From an uncultured Chlamydiae bacterium (GTDB lineage Bacteria; Chlamydiota; Chlamydiia; Chlamydiales; CACLRR01), in contig CACLRR010000003.1 of assembly GCA_902609415.1 (NCBI GenBank), forward strand, positions 23,229-87,228: a stretch of 64,000 nt of DNA. The letters are read 5' to 3'. Below the pieces are notes generated by a model that worked only from the letters and a program-made list of their open reading frames with translations, was not told the DNA's origin and made no database searches. This document shows, piece by piece, positions 1 to 8,913 of the stretch. Each line of letters starts with the position of its first letter. The stretch's first letter is position 1. A program made the translations under genes and the position numbers.

Positions 1-210
1 GCTACCACATACTATAGCAATTTTCTTACAGGGAACCTGTTTTTTCTTTTCTTTCAATTTTCCTACAGCTTTGAATAAAATTATTATAGGCAAAACAGGT
101 AATTTATGGAAGACGATTTTAAATGTTACGAGTAAATAATAGCCTTGAAAAACATGATAGCTTAGCATTAAAGGCGGCATATAAGTGATGGGATACTTGG
201 ATTGCAGCAT
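1..210 (-). CDS. hypothetical membrane protein, N-terminal fragment (gene runs off the window start)
   Basis: Hand translation of the reverse strand from ATG (complement of 208-210) gives 70 codons with no stop to the window edge (MLQSKYPITYMPPLMLSYHVFQGYYLLVTFKIVFHKLPVLPIIILFKAVGKLKEKKKQVPCKKIAIVCGS). It starts 3 nt after the rsmI stop and has hydrophobic segments. It is absent from the ORF track because no stop lies in the window. Function is not recognisable. Confidence 0.4.
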   Translation of the reverse strand, partial: MLQSKYPITYMPPLMLSYHVFQGYYLLVTFKIVFHKLPVLPIIILFKAVGKLKEKKKQVPCKKIAIVCGS

Positions 211-213
211 GGT

Positions 214-1008
214 TCAAGAAGCGCTTGTTAAATAGAAATTCTTCTTGTTGCTGTTTGTGATTTTTGAGGTAACTTTAGCTGCAGAACTCTTCGGCAGGTA
301 TTCAAGGAGTAAAGAGAAAATTTCTGAAGGGGACAAGTAGTTGATCTCTTCAGATCTTTCTCCATGAATTACAAGTGTCATTTCTCCTCGTGGTTCACGC
401 TCAGAAAAGTTTTCCCTTAACTCCTTAGCTGTAGAATGAAGTTTTTCTTCATGAATTTTGGTTAATTCACGAAAGATAGAAAGGAAACAGCTATCTGGAA
501 TTTCTTTGAGCACTTTTAGGATATTGTATTTGGTCACAAAAAAAAGGGTTAGTCCTGGGTAATTGATAGCAGCATCTATTTGCTGCTTTCGTTCATTTTT
601 TTTCTTTGAGAAGAATCCTAGAAATTGGAAGTTAGGATTATCTGATGGTACGAGGGAGATGGAGGTTGTGATTGCAGAAGCTCCAGGAAGGGAGGTGATT
701 TTAATCTCCTTTTTAATGGCCTCTTTAACTAGAAGGCAGCCAGGATCGGATAGGACAGGTGTTCCGGCATCAGAGACAAGCGCGATGTGATGATTGTTTT
801 TTAGAAGAGAGAGGATTTTATTCAGCTCTTTTTTTTCATTGAATTTGTGGTAGGAAGAGAGTTGTGTGGATATCTGATAGTGAATAAGAAGCTTCTTAGT
901 ATGTCTAGTATCCTCTGCTAATATTAAATCTACTTCCTTTAGTGTGCGTAGCGCTCTAAGGGTAATGTCTTCTAGGTTACCAATAGGTGTTGGAATTATT
1001 GTTAGCAT
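214..1008 (-). CDS. rsmI: 16S rRNA (cytidine1402-2'-O)-methyltransferase RsmI (tetrapyrrole-methylase fold)
   Basis: The N-terminus MLTIIPTPIGNLEDITLRALRTLKEVDLILAEDTRHTKKLL matches the RsmI signature (TPIGNL.DIT.RA...EDTR). I trimmed the track ORF (214-1077) to the ATG at 1008 because the upstream 23 codons read through a tRNA gene. Confidence 0.85.
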   Translation of the reverse strand: MLTIIPTPIGNLEDITLRALRTLKEVDLILAEDTRHTKKLLIHYQISTQLSSYHKFNEKKELNKILSLLKNNHHIALVSDAGTPVLSDPGCLLVKEAIKKEIKITSLPGASAITTSISLVPSDNPNFQFLGFFSKKKNERKQQIDAAINYPGLTLFFVTKYNILKVLKEIPDSCFLSIFRELTKIHEEKLHSTAKELRENFSEREPRGEMTLVIHGERSEEINYLSPSEIFSLLLEYLPKSSAAKVTSKITNSNKKNFYLTSAS

Positions 1009-1020
1009 AAGGTAGAAAAA

Positions 1021-1091
1021 GGCGCCACCCGGATTCGAACCGGGGATGGGGGAGTTGCAGTCCCCTGCCTTAGCCACTTGGCTATGGCGCC
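1021..1091 (-). tRNA. tRNA-Cys (anticodon GCA)
   Basis: The reverse complement GGCGCCATAGCCAAGTGGCTAAGGCAGGGGACTGCAACTCCCCCATCCCCGGTTCGAATCCGGGTGGCGCC folds as a cloverleaf. It has a 7-bp acceptor stem (GGCGCCA/TGGCGCC), anticodon stem GGGGA/TCCCC with loop CTGCAAC, and T arm CCCGG-TTCGAAT-CCGGG. CCA is not encoded. Confidence 0.9.
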
Positions 1092-1213
1092 ATTATTCAT
1101 TGTTTTGGCGGCAAGTATCATCCATTGGGCATAAAATCGTCAATAGATTTATGGATGTTGTATTAAACTCCTTATTTAGTGTATGATATTTCAAAAAAAT
1201 TTTGGAGTTTTAA

Positions 1214-2596
1214 ATGACTGGCGTAACACATAGAGACGGTTGGAGTGGTGCTTTATTTCTACCAGGACAAGAAACACAATCATTTCCCATTGAGTTTGGT
1301 GAGAGAATTTGGGCACCAAGAGAAAGTGATCGTCTAGGAAGTAGCGATGAATGGCGTTCATTTTCTCCTCTAAGCGGAGGCCAATCCCCAGAGAGACTTG
1401 GACCTCATTTTTTCTTGCAGTCAAGTTCTTCAGAAGAAGAAGAAGGATTGTCTGGGGTAGCAACCATGGCAAGGGTAAGTAAAGAGGTTGATTCTGTAGC
1501 CTCTAGATCTTTTGGAAGAGAAAGTGAATCAGTGTCTCCCATTCAGGTAAGAGTGGCTCGTTCTCCAACCTCTCCTGTAATGCCTTTAGCTATCCTTACA
1601 GTTGATGAAGAGGAAGGTGGTAGATATAAAGCTACTGGAGTTTACACAGAAGAAGCGTTTGATGAGATTCCTCAAGGGAAGAGTGTTCGTCTTTATCGTG
1701 ATTCTTTTAATAAGCGCTTTCTTAGAGGTTTTCAGGAAGGAGCATCTAAGGATGAGCGAGTTATTGCGTGTGCCCGTGCTTTAGTAGAACAGGGAGCTTC
1801 GATCTCTGCTGTAAAATGTAAAAGTTCAAAGCGTTCGCCTAAAGGAAAAAAATATAACAAGCTGCGGTTTTCTAACGTTTGTGGATTTGAAACGGCGAAG
1901 GATTTGGAGGTTCACCATTATTATGGAGTTTTGACCTCATGGAATAGAGAATATGGTGTTGCACGGATGTTGTGTGACTCAAAAAATAAAGAGGATCTTC
2001 CTGCAGATGATCTAGATAGAGTTATTCAGACTCAAATAGATTTAGGTAATCTTAAGCTTACAGAAGATTATGATAGGGTAGATGTAAGAGTTCAAGCAGC
2101 GGATAAAGAGAGAATGCATTTGCAATGGCGAGATGTTGTGGTTAAATTTTCAGATGAGTATCCTGTTGATGGATTTTCTAGGGCCACTTTAGTCAATAAG
2201 AAGCAATGTACAGAAGACTATTTTGAAGTGTTTGGAAGATTTATACCCGCAAGAGGAGAGCTTTTTAAAGGACAACTTCGAATTGAGAAAATAAGTTATG
2301 GTGAATTTAGTCAACAAAAGGAGTCTTTTTTGATTTCAGGCAAAGGGCAAGTAGTATGTCAAGTGCCTCTTCGTTATTTGAGTGGCATTGTAGGTGAGAC
2401 AAGCTGTTTTAAAACCACAGAAAGAGCACTTTCTGCTTTTCTTAAATATGGTGGTGAATTTAATGTTATCAAGAATGAACAACTCTTAACAACAGAAAAT
2501 GGTTTTATAATGGCTGATATAGGTCAAAAAAGATTTGCAGTTGAAAAATTTCTTGATCCCAGAAATGCCTTTTCAGCACTTTTTGAGGATGAATAA
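1214..2596 (+). CDS. hypothetical protein, 460 aa, first cistron upstream of murF
   Basis: Long ORF in an AT-rich genome with GGAG 7 nt upstream of ATG 1214. The stop lies 5-8 nt before the murF start. The N-terminal ~110 aa are low-complexity (S/E/G/P-rich). No TM segment or recognisable motif. An alternative internal start exists at 1466 (MARVSKE). Confidence 0.7.
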   Translation: MTGVTHRDGWSGALFLPGQETQSFPIEFGERIWAPRESDRLGSSDEWRSFSPLSGGQSPERLGPHFFLQSSSSEEEEGLSGVATMARVSKEVDSVASRSFGRESESVSPIQVRVARSPTSPVMPLAILTVDEEEGGRYKATGVYTEEAFDEIPQGKSVRLYRDSFNKRFLRGFQEGASKDERVIACARALVEQGASISAVKCKSSKRSPKGKKYNKLRFSNVCGFETAKDLEVHHYYGVLTSWNREYGVARMLCDSKNKEDLPADDLDRVIQTQIDLGNLKLTEDYDRVDVRVQAADKERMHLQWRDVVVKFSDEYPVDGFSRATLVNKKQCTEDYFEVFGRFIPARGELFKGQLRIEKISYGEFSQQKESFLISGKGQVVCQVPLRYLSGIVGETSCFKTTERALSAFLKYGGEFNVIKNEQLLTTENGFIMADIGQKRFAVEKFLDPRNAFSALFEDE

Positions 2597-2604
2597 ACTG
2601 ATTG

Positions 2605-3837
2605 ATGAAAATTCTACTAAAAAAAGTGATTGAGTTTCTAGGTAATAATTGTGTGGATTATTCTTCTAGAGATGGAGTGTCACTCCTTGTTACTTCATTT
2701 GCTCTTGATAGTAGAAACTGTAAGGAGGGCTCATTATTTTTTGCTTTTGATGGTACGAAGGTAGATGGAGTAGACTTTTTACAAGATGTAGCTAAGAAAG
2801 GTGTAGTCGCTGCTATTGTGCCATCTTATTATAGTGGAGATTCGTATGGAATGTTGCTTATTTATGTCTCTAATCCTCTAGTTGCCTTACATACATTAAC
2901 AAAAGAGGTGCTTAAATTAAGAAAGACAAAAATTGTAGGCATTACAGGATCTGTAGGAAAGACAACAACAAAGGAATATCTAGCGTCTCTTCTTTCGATA
3001 AAATATAAGGTTGGAAAGACGGTTGCAAATTATAATACAGAGTTTCAGATACCATTTGCATTACTTAATGCTGATGGTGATGAAGATTTTTTTGTTGTTG
3101 AAATGGGGATGACAACAAAGGGAGATATAACTAAAAAGGTAGGTTTTGCACCCACTGACTACGCAATTATTACACCAATTGGGTTAGCTCACGCAGAAAA
3201 ATTCTCCACACTAGCAGAGATTGCATCAGAAAAAGGTGAAATAATTTTGGATAGTACAATACATGCAATTACACATCATAGTTTTTTAGAATTATGTAGT
3301 TCTAAATCAGGCAATATTTATCCTACAGTGCAGTTTCAAAAAGAATTATCTCATCTATCCTTACCAATACATTTTAGAGAGAATTTAGAAGCGGCAGCTA
3401 GAATGGCTATTTATTTAGGTGTTGATAAGGAGAAGATTTTAAAACAGGTTCAAGAGAACGCTTTAGTTGATCATCGATTTATTTCAAAGAAAATAGGCAC
3501 AAATATAATTATCGATGATTCTTACAATGCTAATCCACTTTCAATGAGAAGCGGGATTGAAGAGGTAGCCTTGATGACATTAGATAAAAAGAAGGTTGCA
3601 ATTGTTGGATCAATGAAGGAGCTAGGGGACTTTTCTAGTCAAGCGCATGCTGATATAAGAACTCGCCTTAATTCTGTATTTGATCAAATTTTTTTTCTAG
3701 GAAAAGAGTGGGGAGAAGGTGTGATCTCTTATGATTACCTGAAAAAATTGTTAAAGAAGACTCCTTTGCAAGATTCTCTTATTTTTATTAAAGGATCAAA
3801 CTCTCATGCCTTATGGAATCTCCTTGAGATATTATAG
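2605..3837 (+). CDS. murF: UDP-N-acetylmuramoyl-tripeptide--D-alanyl-D-alanine ligase
   Basis: Mur ligase P-loop GITGSVGKTTTKEYL, DDSYNANP motif and dcw context. ATG at 2605; a TTG at 2602 is also possible. Confidence 0.9.
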   Translation: MKILLKKVIEFLGNNCVDYSSRDGVSLLVTSFALDSRNCKEGSLFFAFDGTKVDGVDFLQDVAKKGVVAAIVPSYYSGDSYGMLLIYVSNPLVALHTLTKEVLKLRKTKIVGITGSVGKTTTKEYLASLLSIKYKVGKTVANYNTEFQIPFALLNADGDEDFFVVEMGMTTKGDITKKVGFAPTDYAIITPIGLAHAEKFSTLAEIASEKGEIILDSTIHAITHHSFLELCSSKSGNIYPTVQFQKELSHLSLPIHFRENLEAAARMAIYLGVDKEKILKQVQENALVDHRFISKKIGTNIIIDDSYNANPLSMRSGIEEVALMTLDKKKVAIVGSMKELGDFSSQAHADIRTRLNSVFDQIFFLGKEWGEGVISYDYLKKLLKKTPLQDSLIFIKGSNSHALWNLLEIL

Positions 3838-3861
3838 TTATTTCGTTTACATTCAGTAGAT

Positions 3862-4968
3862 ATGATACTACTTTTTTTCCAATATTTAGCAGAGACATTC
3901 TCTCTTAAGATTCCTGTTGCATTTACTGCGACAACTACAAGAATGTTATTAGTATCTTGTATGAGTTTACTTACTTCAATAGTTCTAGGCTCACGTATGA
4001 TCGGATTATTAATGCGGCTAAAAATTGGACATAATATTAGAGTCACTTCATGTGCCACTCTTGGTAAATCCTATGATAAAAGTGAGGACATACCATCGAT
4101 GGGGGGAGTTATTTTTCTTCTCAGCATGCTCTCTCAATCTCTATTATGGCTTAATCTAAAACATCCCTATAGTATATTATTAATTGTTACCCTGGTCTAT
4201 TTTGCACTGCTTGGTTTTTTGGATGATTACCTAAAAATGAAACGGGAAAAAGGCCTTTCAGCAAAGAAAAAATTCACATTGCAGGCTCTTTTTGCTATTT
4301 ACTTAGCAGCTTATATGTGGAGTACACAAGGATCTTATGAGGCTTATTTCTTTATTCCCATGATAAAGAAACCTTTTATTATCCTTGGAACATTGGGTTT
4401 AATTGCCTTATTAGTTACTACCTTTTTTGTGATTGTAGGAACGTCTAATGCAGTCAATTTGTCGGATGGTTTGGATGGGCTTGCAATGGGTCTCAGCTTG
4501 CCAGTAGCATTTGTATTAGCTATTTTTGCTTTTGCTTCTAATCATGTTAATTTATCAGAGTATTTGAATATATTATATATAGAAGGTTCTGGAGAAATAG
4601 CTATTATGCTTAGCTCTCTTATTGGTTCAGGTCTTGGTTTTTTGTGGTATAATAGCTTTCCTGCTGAAGTCTTTATGGGAGATACAGGCTCTCTTGCATT
4701 AGGAGGACTTTTAGGTGTTTGTGCAGTTCTTCTTAGGCGTGAGTTTCTCTTTGCTTTTATTTGTGGAGTTTTTGTTGTTGAAGCTCTTTCTGTTATTATA
4801 CAGGTGCTTAGCTATCATTATAGGAACAAGAAAAGAGTGTTTCTTTGTGCTCCTTTACATCATCATTATCAGATGAAAAATATCCCAGAATCAAAGATCG
4901 TTTTTCGATTTTGGATGGTAGGCCTTGTTTTGGCACTCATCGGTTTATTAACTTTAAAATTCCAATGA
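3862..4968 (+). CDS. mraY: phospho-N-acetylmuramoyl-pentapeptide transferase
   Basis: Polytopic membrane protein with NAVNLSDGLDGLA and FMGDTGSLALGG motifs typical of MraY. Confidence 0.95.
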   Translation: MILLFFQYLAETFSLKIPVAFTATTTRMLLVSCMSLLTSIVLGSRMIGLLMRLKIGHNIRVTSCATLGKSYDKSEDIPSMGGVIFLLSMLSQSLLWLNLKHPYSILLIVTLVYFALLGFLDDYLKMKREKGLSAKKKFTLQALFAIYLAAYMWSTQGSYEAYFFIPMIKKPFIILGTLGLIALLVTTFFVIVGTSNAVNLSDGLDGLAMGLSLPVAFVLAIFAFASNHVNLSEYLNILYIEGSGEIAIMLSSLIGSGLGFLWYNSFPAEVFMGDTGSLALGGLLGVCAVLLRREFLFAFICGVFVVEALSVIIQVLSYHYRNKKRVFLCAPLHHHYQMKNIPESKIVFRFWMVGLVLALIGLLTLKFQ

Positions 4969-6176
4969 AAAAAGCACTCGTCTACGGCCTTGGTAAAAGT
5001 GGAAGAGCGGCAGCAGATCTTTTGATAAAAAAGGGTTATATTGTTGAAGGTCTAGACAGTAAGAAACAAGAAAAAGAGTGTGTTTTCACCGTAACTTTAG
5101 TTGACAAATTTAAGGAGTTTGCTGATTTCAATTTGGTAATTATCTCTCCAGGGATCTCTTCTTCTGATCCAATTATCCAAAGATTTATAAGTCTTGGAGT
5201 GGAGGTGATTGGTGAGGCAGAGCTTGGTCTTAGAAGCATAAGCAATAAGGTTGTTGCAATTACAGGTACTAATGGTAAAAGTAGTATCGTTAGTTTATTG
5301 GTTCATATTTTAAAGGTTGCAGGAAGAAAGGCTATCGCTCTTGGTAATATTGGTGTTCCCATATCTTCAGTAGCCTTAACATTAGACCCTGAAACTATTA
5401 TAATAGCAGAGATATCCTCTTTCCAATTAGAGACGATGAAGACTAAATCTATTGATATTGCTGCAATTTTAGAAATAACGCCAGATCACCTAGAACGCTA
5501 CCTATCATTTGATCATTATTTGAAGACTAAATGTAGAATAGAGGATTTCTTGAAGGTAGATGGGGTTCTATTTTCTATAGAGAAGTACCAATATTTAAAA
5601 AAGAGAGCGATAATTACTGAGAATGTACGAAGTTTTGCTGGAAGTATTGATCAAACATGGATATCTAATAAGGCTTTTGAATTGGTGATTGCAATATGTT
5701 TTGAATTTGATATTCCCATTATACAAATAATTACGGCAACAGAAAGTTACAAGAGTCTTCCCCACAGATTAGAATTTGTATCAGAATCTAATGGGATATC
5801 TTTTTATAATGATAGTAAATCTACAAATATTGAATCGACCATTTATGCTGTAAATCAGTTTGATAGACCTTTAATTTTACTTGTTGGTGGAAGAGGTAAG
5901 GGAGGTAGTTATAAACTTTGGAGAGATTCCTTTACATCTAATGTAAAAAAAGTGATTGCATTTGGTGAAGTATCTGATAGGATAGTTAAAGACTTACAAA
6001 AGTGTATATTAATTGAAAAACGTCCCTGTTTGAGAAGTGCACTTAAGGCTGCTATTACTCTAGCAACAAGAGGTGATGTAGTTTTATTGTCACCAGGATG
6101 TGCAAGTTTTGATGCCTTTGATAATTATGAGCATCGTGGACGTGAATTTATTAAAGGGGTTCAGGATGAATCGTAA
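4965..6176 (+). CDS. murD: UDP-N-acetylmuramoylalanine--D-glutamate ligase
   Basis: MKKALVYGLGKSGRAAA Rossmann N-terminus and AITGTNGKSS P-loop. The start at 4965 forms an ATGA overlap with the mraY stop. The track ORF start at 4845 lies inside mraY and was rejected. Confidence 0.9.
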   Translation: MKKALVYGLGKSGRAAADLLIKKGYIVEGLDSKKQEKECVFTVTLVDKFKEFADFNLVIISPGISSSDPIIQRFISLGVEVIGEAELGLRSISNKVVAITGTNGKSSIVSLLVHILKVAGRKAIALGNIGVPISSVALTLDPETIIIAEISSFQLETMKTKSIDIAAILEITPDHLERYLSFDHYLKTKCRIEDFLKVDGVLFSIEKYQYLKKRAIITENVRSFAGSIDQTWISNKAFELVIAICFEFDIPIIQIITATESYKSLPHRLEFVSESNGISFYNDSKSTNIESTIYAVNQFDRPLILLVGGRGKGGSYKLWRDSFTSNVKKVIAFGEVSDRIVKDLQKCILIEKRPCLRSALKAAITLATRGDVVLLSPGCASFDAFDNYEHRGREFIKGVQDES

Positions 6177-6771
6177 GGATATCGTTTTGGTAGCTTGCAT
6201 GATTAATATGGGTTTGCTGGTGATTCTGTTTGTTGGGGGTATTAAAAAAGATCCTCAGATGGACATGGCAATAGCGAACTATCAAGCTTCACAGGAGCCA
6301 ATTAAGTATCAGCATAGTCTTGAGCAGGTGGATGTAATTGACCAGGTAGATCAGGTGTTAAATCAATATATTGCTGAAAAAGAGGAAGTGAAGGAAGAAG
6401 TTGTAGAGGAAGTGAAGGTTGAAAAAAAGCCCTTGCCAGTATTAGAGCGGGCTATGGTTAAGGTTGTTCAAGGGGATTATTTAGAAAAGATCGCAAAAAA
6501 TAATCAAACAACTGTTGAAGCTTTGATGCAGCTTAATAAGATGAAAAATACAAAATTAAAAATTGGCCAAGTGATTTATTTACCTTCCCAGTCAGAAAGT
6601 GCTATAAATAGTGAACCAGAAAAAAAGCTCTATACGGTAAAAGATGGCGAGAGTCCTTGGACAATAGCGATTAAGCATAATATGAAGGTAGAGGATTTAT
6701 TAAGGTTAAATCATCTAGATGAAAAGAAGGCTAAACGCTTAAAGCCTGGTGATGAATTAAGAATCCAATGA
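6166..6771 (+). CDS. membrane-anchored protein with two LysM domains, in the NlpD position of the dcw cluster, no M23 motifs
   Basis: N-terminal TM segment (IVLVACMINMGLLVILFVGGI), an acidic EEVKEEVVEEVKVE linker and two LysM repeats (VVQGDYLEKIAKNNQTTVEALMQLNKM...IGQVIYLP and YTVKDGESPWTIAIKHNMKVEDLLRLNHL...PGDELRI). No HxxxD or HxH metallopeptidase motif is present. Confidence 0.8.
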   Translation: MNRKDIVLVACMINMGLLVILFVGGIKKDPQMDMAIANYQASQEPIKYQHSLEQVDVIDQVDQVLNQYIAEKEEVKEEVVEEVKVEKKPLPVLERAMVKVVQGDYLEKIAKNNQTTVEALMQLNKMKNTKLKIGQVIYLPSQSESAINSEPEKKLYTVKDGESPWTIAIKHNMKVEDLLRLNHLDEKKAKRLKPGDELRIQ

Positions 6772-7862
6772 AGTCAACATCAATAGCTCTTTTTTTTGTT
6801 ATATCATTACTTTTCTTCCTAGGATCTTTGATGGTTTATAATACAACTTCAGCTGAAGTGATCGGGCATCTAGATGATTTTTCGGAATATTTCGGATTGA
6901 AAAAGCATTTGTTTGATGGAATATTGGGTTTTGTAGCAGCTTTTATTGTATATAAGATTGGATCTAAACAACTTGTAAGGAAGGCTCACTTTCTTTATCT
7001 CTCTATGTTATTCTTACTATTATATGTGGCATTTTTTGGTGTCCAAATAAATGGTGCTAGAAGGTGGATTTATATAGCACATGTATCCCTTCAGCCATCA
7101 GAGTTCTTTAAGTGGGTACTACCTTTATTTTACATCTATCTCTTCTATAAGTATCCTTTTAGCAAGAATATTTTTGGGTTCTATATAACGCAGATGTTTT
7201 TTCTTATTCCAATAGTATTGATCATGAGACAGCCTGATAATGGAACAGCACTTATTCTTCTGACAACACTGGTTGTTCTCTATTTTTTAACACGCGTTGT
7301 CTTCACGTATTGGGTCATTCCGATTATTTTTGTCATTATCGTGGGAGGTTTCTATGCATATAAGATGCCCCATGTTGTTGATAGAATACATATATATTTG
7401 CATCCAGAAGCAGACATATTGGGTAAGGGACATCAACCATATCAAGCAAAAATTGCTGCAGGTGCAGGAGGCTTTTTAGGAAGAGGTGTGGGAAAGAGCT
7501 TACAGAAACACCAATATTTGCCAGAAGCAAGAAGTGATTATATTGCTGCCATTTATGCAGAAGAATTTGGTTTTTTAGGGGTAATTATTTTGATTTCTTT
7601 ATATATGCTAGTAGCACTCTTAGGATTTAAGATTGCACTTGAAGCAAAGAGTGATCAAGGATATTATCTAGCTTCGATCTACACTTTTTTGATTACATTT
7701 CAGGCATTTTTAAATTTGGGGATAGTCTCAGGTTTGTTGCCAAGTAAAGGGACTAATTTACCATTTTTTAGTCAAGGTGGATCGTCTATGTTAGCACACT
7801 TAATGATGATTGGAGCAATATTAAGTATTGATCATGAAGAAAACAAATCAGAGCAGAGATAG
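6768..7862 (+). CDS. ftsW: SEDS-family peptidoglycan glycosyltransferase FtsW
   Basis: Polytopic protein with RSDYIAAIYAEEFGFLG and PSKGTNLPFFSQGGSS motifs. ATGA overlap with the preceding gene and dcw context. Confidence 0.9.
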   Translation: MKSTSIALFFVISLLFFLGSLMVYNTTSAEVIGHLDDFSEYFGLKKHLFDGILGFVAAFIVYKIGSKQLVRKAHFLYLSMLFLLLYVAFFGVQINGARRWIYIAHVSLQPSEFFKWVLPLFYIYLFYKYPFSKNIFGFYITQMFFLIPIVLIMRQPDNGTALILLTTLVVLYFLTRVVFTYWVIPIIFVIIVGGFYAYKMPHVVDRIHIYLHPEADILGKGHQPYQAKIAAGAGGFLGRGVGKSLQKHQYLPEARSDYIAAIYAEEFGFLGVIILISLYMLVALLGFKIALEAKSDQGYYLASIYTFLITFQAFLNLGIVSGLLPSKGTNLPFFSQGGSSMLAHLMMIGAILSIDHEENKSEQR

Positions 7863-8913
7863 AAAAGTTGTTGTTTTGGTAACAGGTGGATCTGGCGGAC
7901 ATATCTTTCCTGCAATTGATCTTGCAAAAGATTTACAAAACCGAGTAGAGCCTTTGTTTTTAGGTGTTGGATTAAATAGCAATCGTTTTCTAAGCAGAAT
8001 AGTGTGGAGAAAGATAGAGGTTAAAGGGAGCTCTTTTTCCATGAAAAATCTTTTCAGATGGGCTTTCTTTTCATTGTTTGGACTTATTGACAGCATAAAA
8101 ATATATAAAAAGGAAAACGTATCTTGTGTTGTTGGATTTGGTAGTTTTTATAGCTTTCCTTCGATGCTTGCAGCCCGTTTTTTGCGTATACCATATTTCA
8201 TCTATGAACCTAATCGAATAACAGGAAGGGTGAATCGGCTATTTTCAGCACATGCACAAGAAAATTGTGTGCTATTTACAGAGATTGATCGAGGTATTAA
8301 GGGTAAAAAAAGACTTATTGACATTAAGAGAAGGAGAACTAACAAAAGTAGAGAGGAGATTTTAGAGAGTTTAGGCTTTTCTACTAAAAAAAGAACCCTA
8401 TTTGTAATGGGTGGATCGAATGGTTCTACTGTTTTAAATCATAAAATTATTTCGATGCCTATAGATCCTGATAAATATCAACTGATTCACCTTGTAGGAA
8501 AAGGGGATGAGATAGTGTTAGTCAGAGATAATTATGAACAGAGATCTATAGATGCGTATGTCATTGAGTTTTCAGATAAAAATGAAGAATATTGGAGTGT
8601 TGCCGATTTATTTATAGGTTCTTCCGGTGCAGGAGCTATTTCTGAATCTATGTTTTACGGCGTTGCTGCACTTTGGATTCCTATATCACATTCATTAGAA
8701 GATCATCAAAAAGCAAATGCCCTATATGCAGAACAGAAGATAGGAAGTGGTATCATGATAGAAGAAAATGCATTCGATCCTAAAAAGGTGTATAGGAAAA
8801 TTGATATGTTGTTTGATAGTAGAAAACTAGAGTATTTTAGAACGAAGATAGAGCAATATAAAAATAATTATAAAAGAGAACAGTTTTCAGATATTATAAA
8901 GGAGTATCTTTAG
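7834..8913 (+). CDS. murG: undecaprenyldiphospho-muramoylpentapeptide beta-N-acetylglucosaminyltransferase
   Basis: N-terminal VLVTGGSGGHIFPA (GGTGGH-type motif) and a C-terminal glycosyltransferase half. ATG at 7834 (TTG at 7828 also possible). It overlaps the ftsW 3' end. Confidence 0.9.
   Translation: MKKTNQSRDRKVVVLVTGGSGGHIFPAIDLAKDLQNRVEPLFLGVGLNSNRFLSRIVWRKIEVKGSSFSMKNLFRWAFFSLFGLIDSIKIYKKENVSCVVGFGSFYSFPSMLAARFLRIPYFIYEPNRITGRVNRLFSAHAQENCVLFTEIDRGIKGKKRLIDIKRRRTNKSREEILESLGFSTKKRTLFVMGGSNGSTVLNHKIISMPIDPDKYQLIHLVGKGDEIVLVRDNYEQRSIDAYVIEFSDKNEEYWSVADLFIGSSGAGAISESMFYGVAALWIPISHSLEDHQKANALYAEQKIGSGIMIEENAFDPKKVYRKIDMLFDSRKLEYFRTKIEQYKNNYKREQFSDIIKEYL

Noticed and set aside
1009-1077. 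N-terminal 23 codons of track ORF 214-1077 (MAKAGDCNSPIPGSNPGGAFFYL)
   Set aside because: These codons are the reverse-strand reading of the tRNA-Cys gene. The RsmI homology starts exactly at the ATG at 1008.
1240-1290. Possible SRP/4.5S RNA (GGTGCTTTATTTCTACCAGGACAAG resembles the GGUGCU...UUUACCAGGUCAGG start of 4.5S RNA)
   Set aside because: The essential GGAAGCAGCC domain IV motif and its complementary 3' half are absent. The segment is inside a long ORF with a good SD.
4845-6165. Upstream extensions of the murD (4845-4964) and LysM-protein (6100-6165) track ORFs
   Set aside because: The extensions lie inside the preceding genes in another frame. Internal ATGs at 4965 and 6166 give canonical N-termini and typical stop/start overlaps.
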